Of a stretch of DNA of 64,000 nucleotides, positions 63,987 through 64,000 are shown piece by piece. Below the pieces are notes generated by a model that was not told where the DNA came from, did not search any database, and saw nothing but the letters and a program-made list of their open reading frames with translations. Source of the stretch: an uncultured Clostridia bacterium (GTDB taxonomy: Bacteria > Bacillota > Clostridia > TANB77 > CAG-508); NCBI GenBank assembly GCA_934130935.1, contig CAKOYQ010000008.1, positions 1,865 through 65,864 of the forward strand. The letters run 5' to 3'. The position numbers were made by a program, and so were the translations under genes. Numbering within the stretch: the stretch's first letter is position 1; each line of letters opens with the position of its first letter.

Positions 63987-64000
63987 GAATGATATTATTT

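Overview
This window is the replication-origin region of a low-GC (about 27% GC) Firmicutes chromosome, most likely Clostridia. The conserved backbone is all recognisable: gyrA, gyrB, recF, dnaN and dnaA on the minus strand with DnaA-box clusters on both sides of dnaA. Then come rpmH, rnpA, yidD, yidC, jag, mnmE, mnmG, rsmG, soj and spo0J on the plus strand, plus five tRNAs (Thr, Glu, Lys, Ser, Ser). Three accessory blocks are laid onto this backbone. (1) 1-18.3 kb holds a minus-strand operon of giant surface adhesins with DUF11, CnaB/SdrD-B-like and a DNP-repeat linker. It comprises a >=2021-aa protein truncated at the window start, a 1607-aa protein and a 1317-aa protein ending in a PPTG-type sorting signal. 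A VanW/G5 protein and a CapA-like metallophosphatase flank it. (2) Gram-positive type IV secretion genes of the pSK41/pIP501-pCW3 kind are scattered around the normally adjacent gyrB-gyrA pair. A VirD4 coupling protein, a VirB2-like pilin, a VirB6-like protein and a TcpE-like protein, followed by a DnaD/DnaI-like pair, sit at 20.7-26.4 kb on one side of gyrA. On the other side, a 4.7-kb segment splits gyrA from gyrB and carries an XRE regulator plus a TrsD-like N-domain protein and VirB4 ATPase pair. (3) Right after two tRNA-Ser genes, from 50.0 kb to the window end, lies a full MPF_FA-type conjugative cluster (ICE-like). It has three or four VirB2-like pilin paralogs, a TcpE-like protein, a TrsD-like/VirB4 pair (a paralog of the pair at gyrA), a TcpH/VirB6-like 835-aa protein, a 1048-aa amidase plus NlpC/P60 hydrolase, and a frameshifted lipoprotein. 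It also carries a strikingly GC-rich 48-aa two-helix membrane peptide with a consensus promoter and terminator. Non-genic features worth a second look include a 190-bp GC-rich palindromic repeat with a second lone unit 27 kb away, and a 290-bp MITE-like element with 60-bp perfect terminal inverted repeats. Others are a 22-bp inverted repeat inside the T4SS fragment, and a 440-bp strand-asymmetric T-rich tract where yaaA normally sits between dnaN and recF. The last is a roughly 500-bp ORF-free region with a reiterated TATGGTT motif and its own terminator. All calls rest on reading the sequence and remembered family signatures; no database searches were run.
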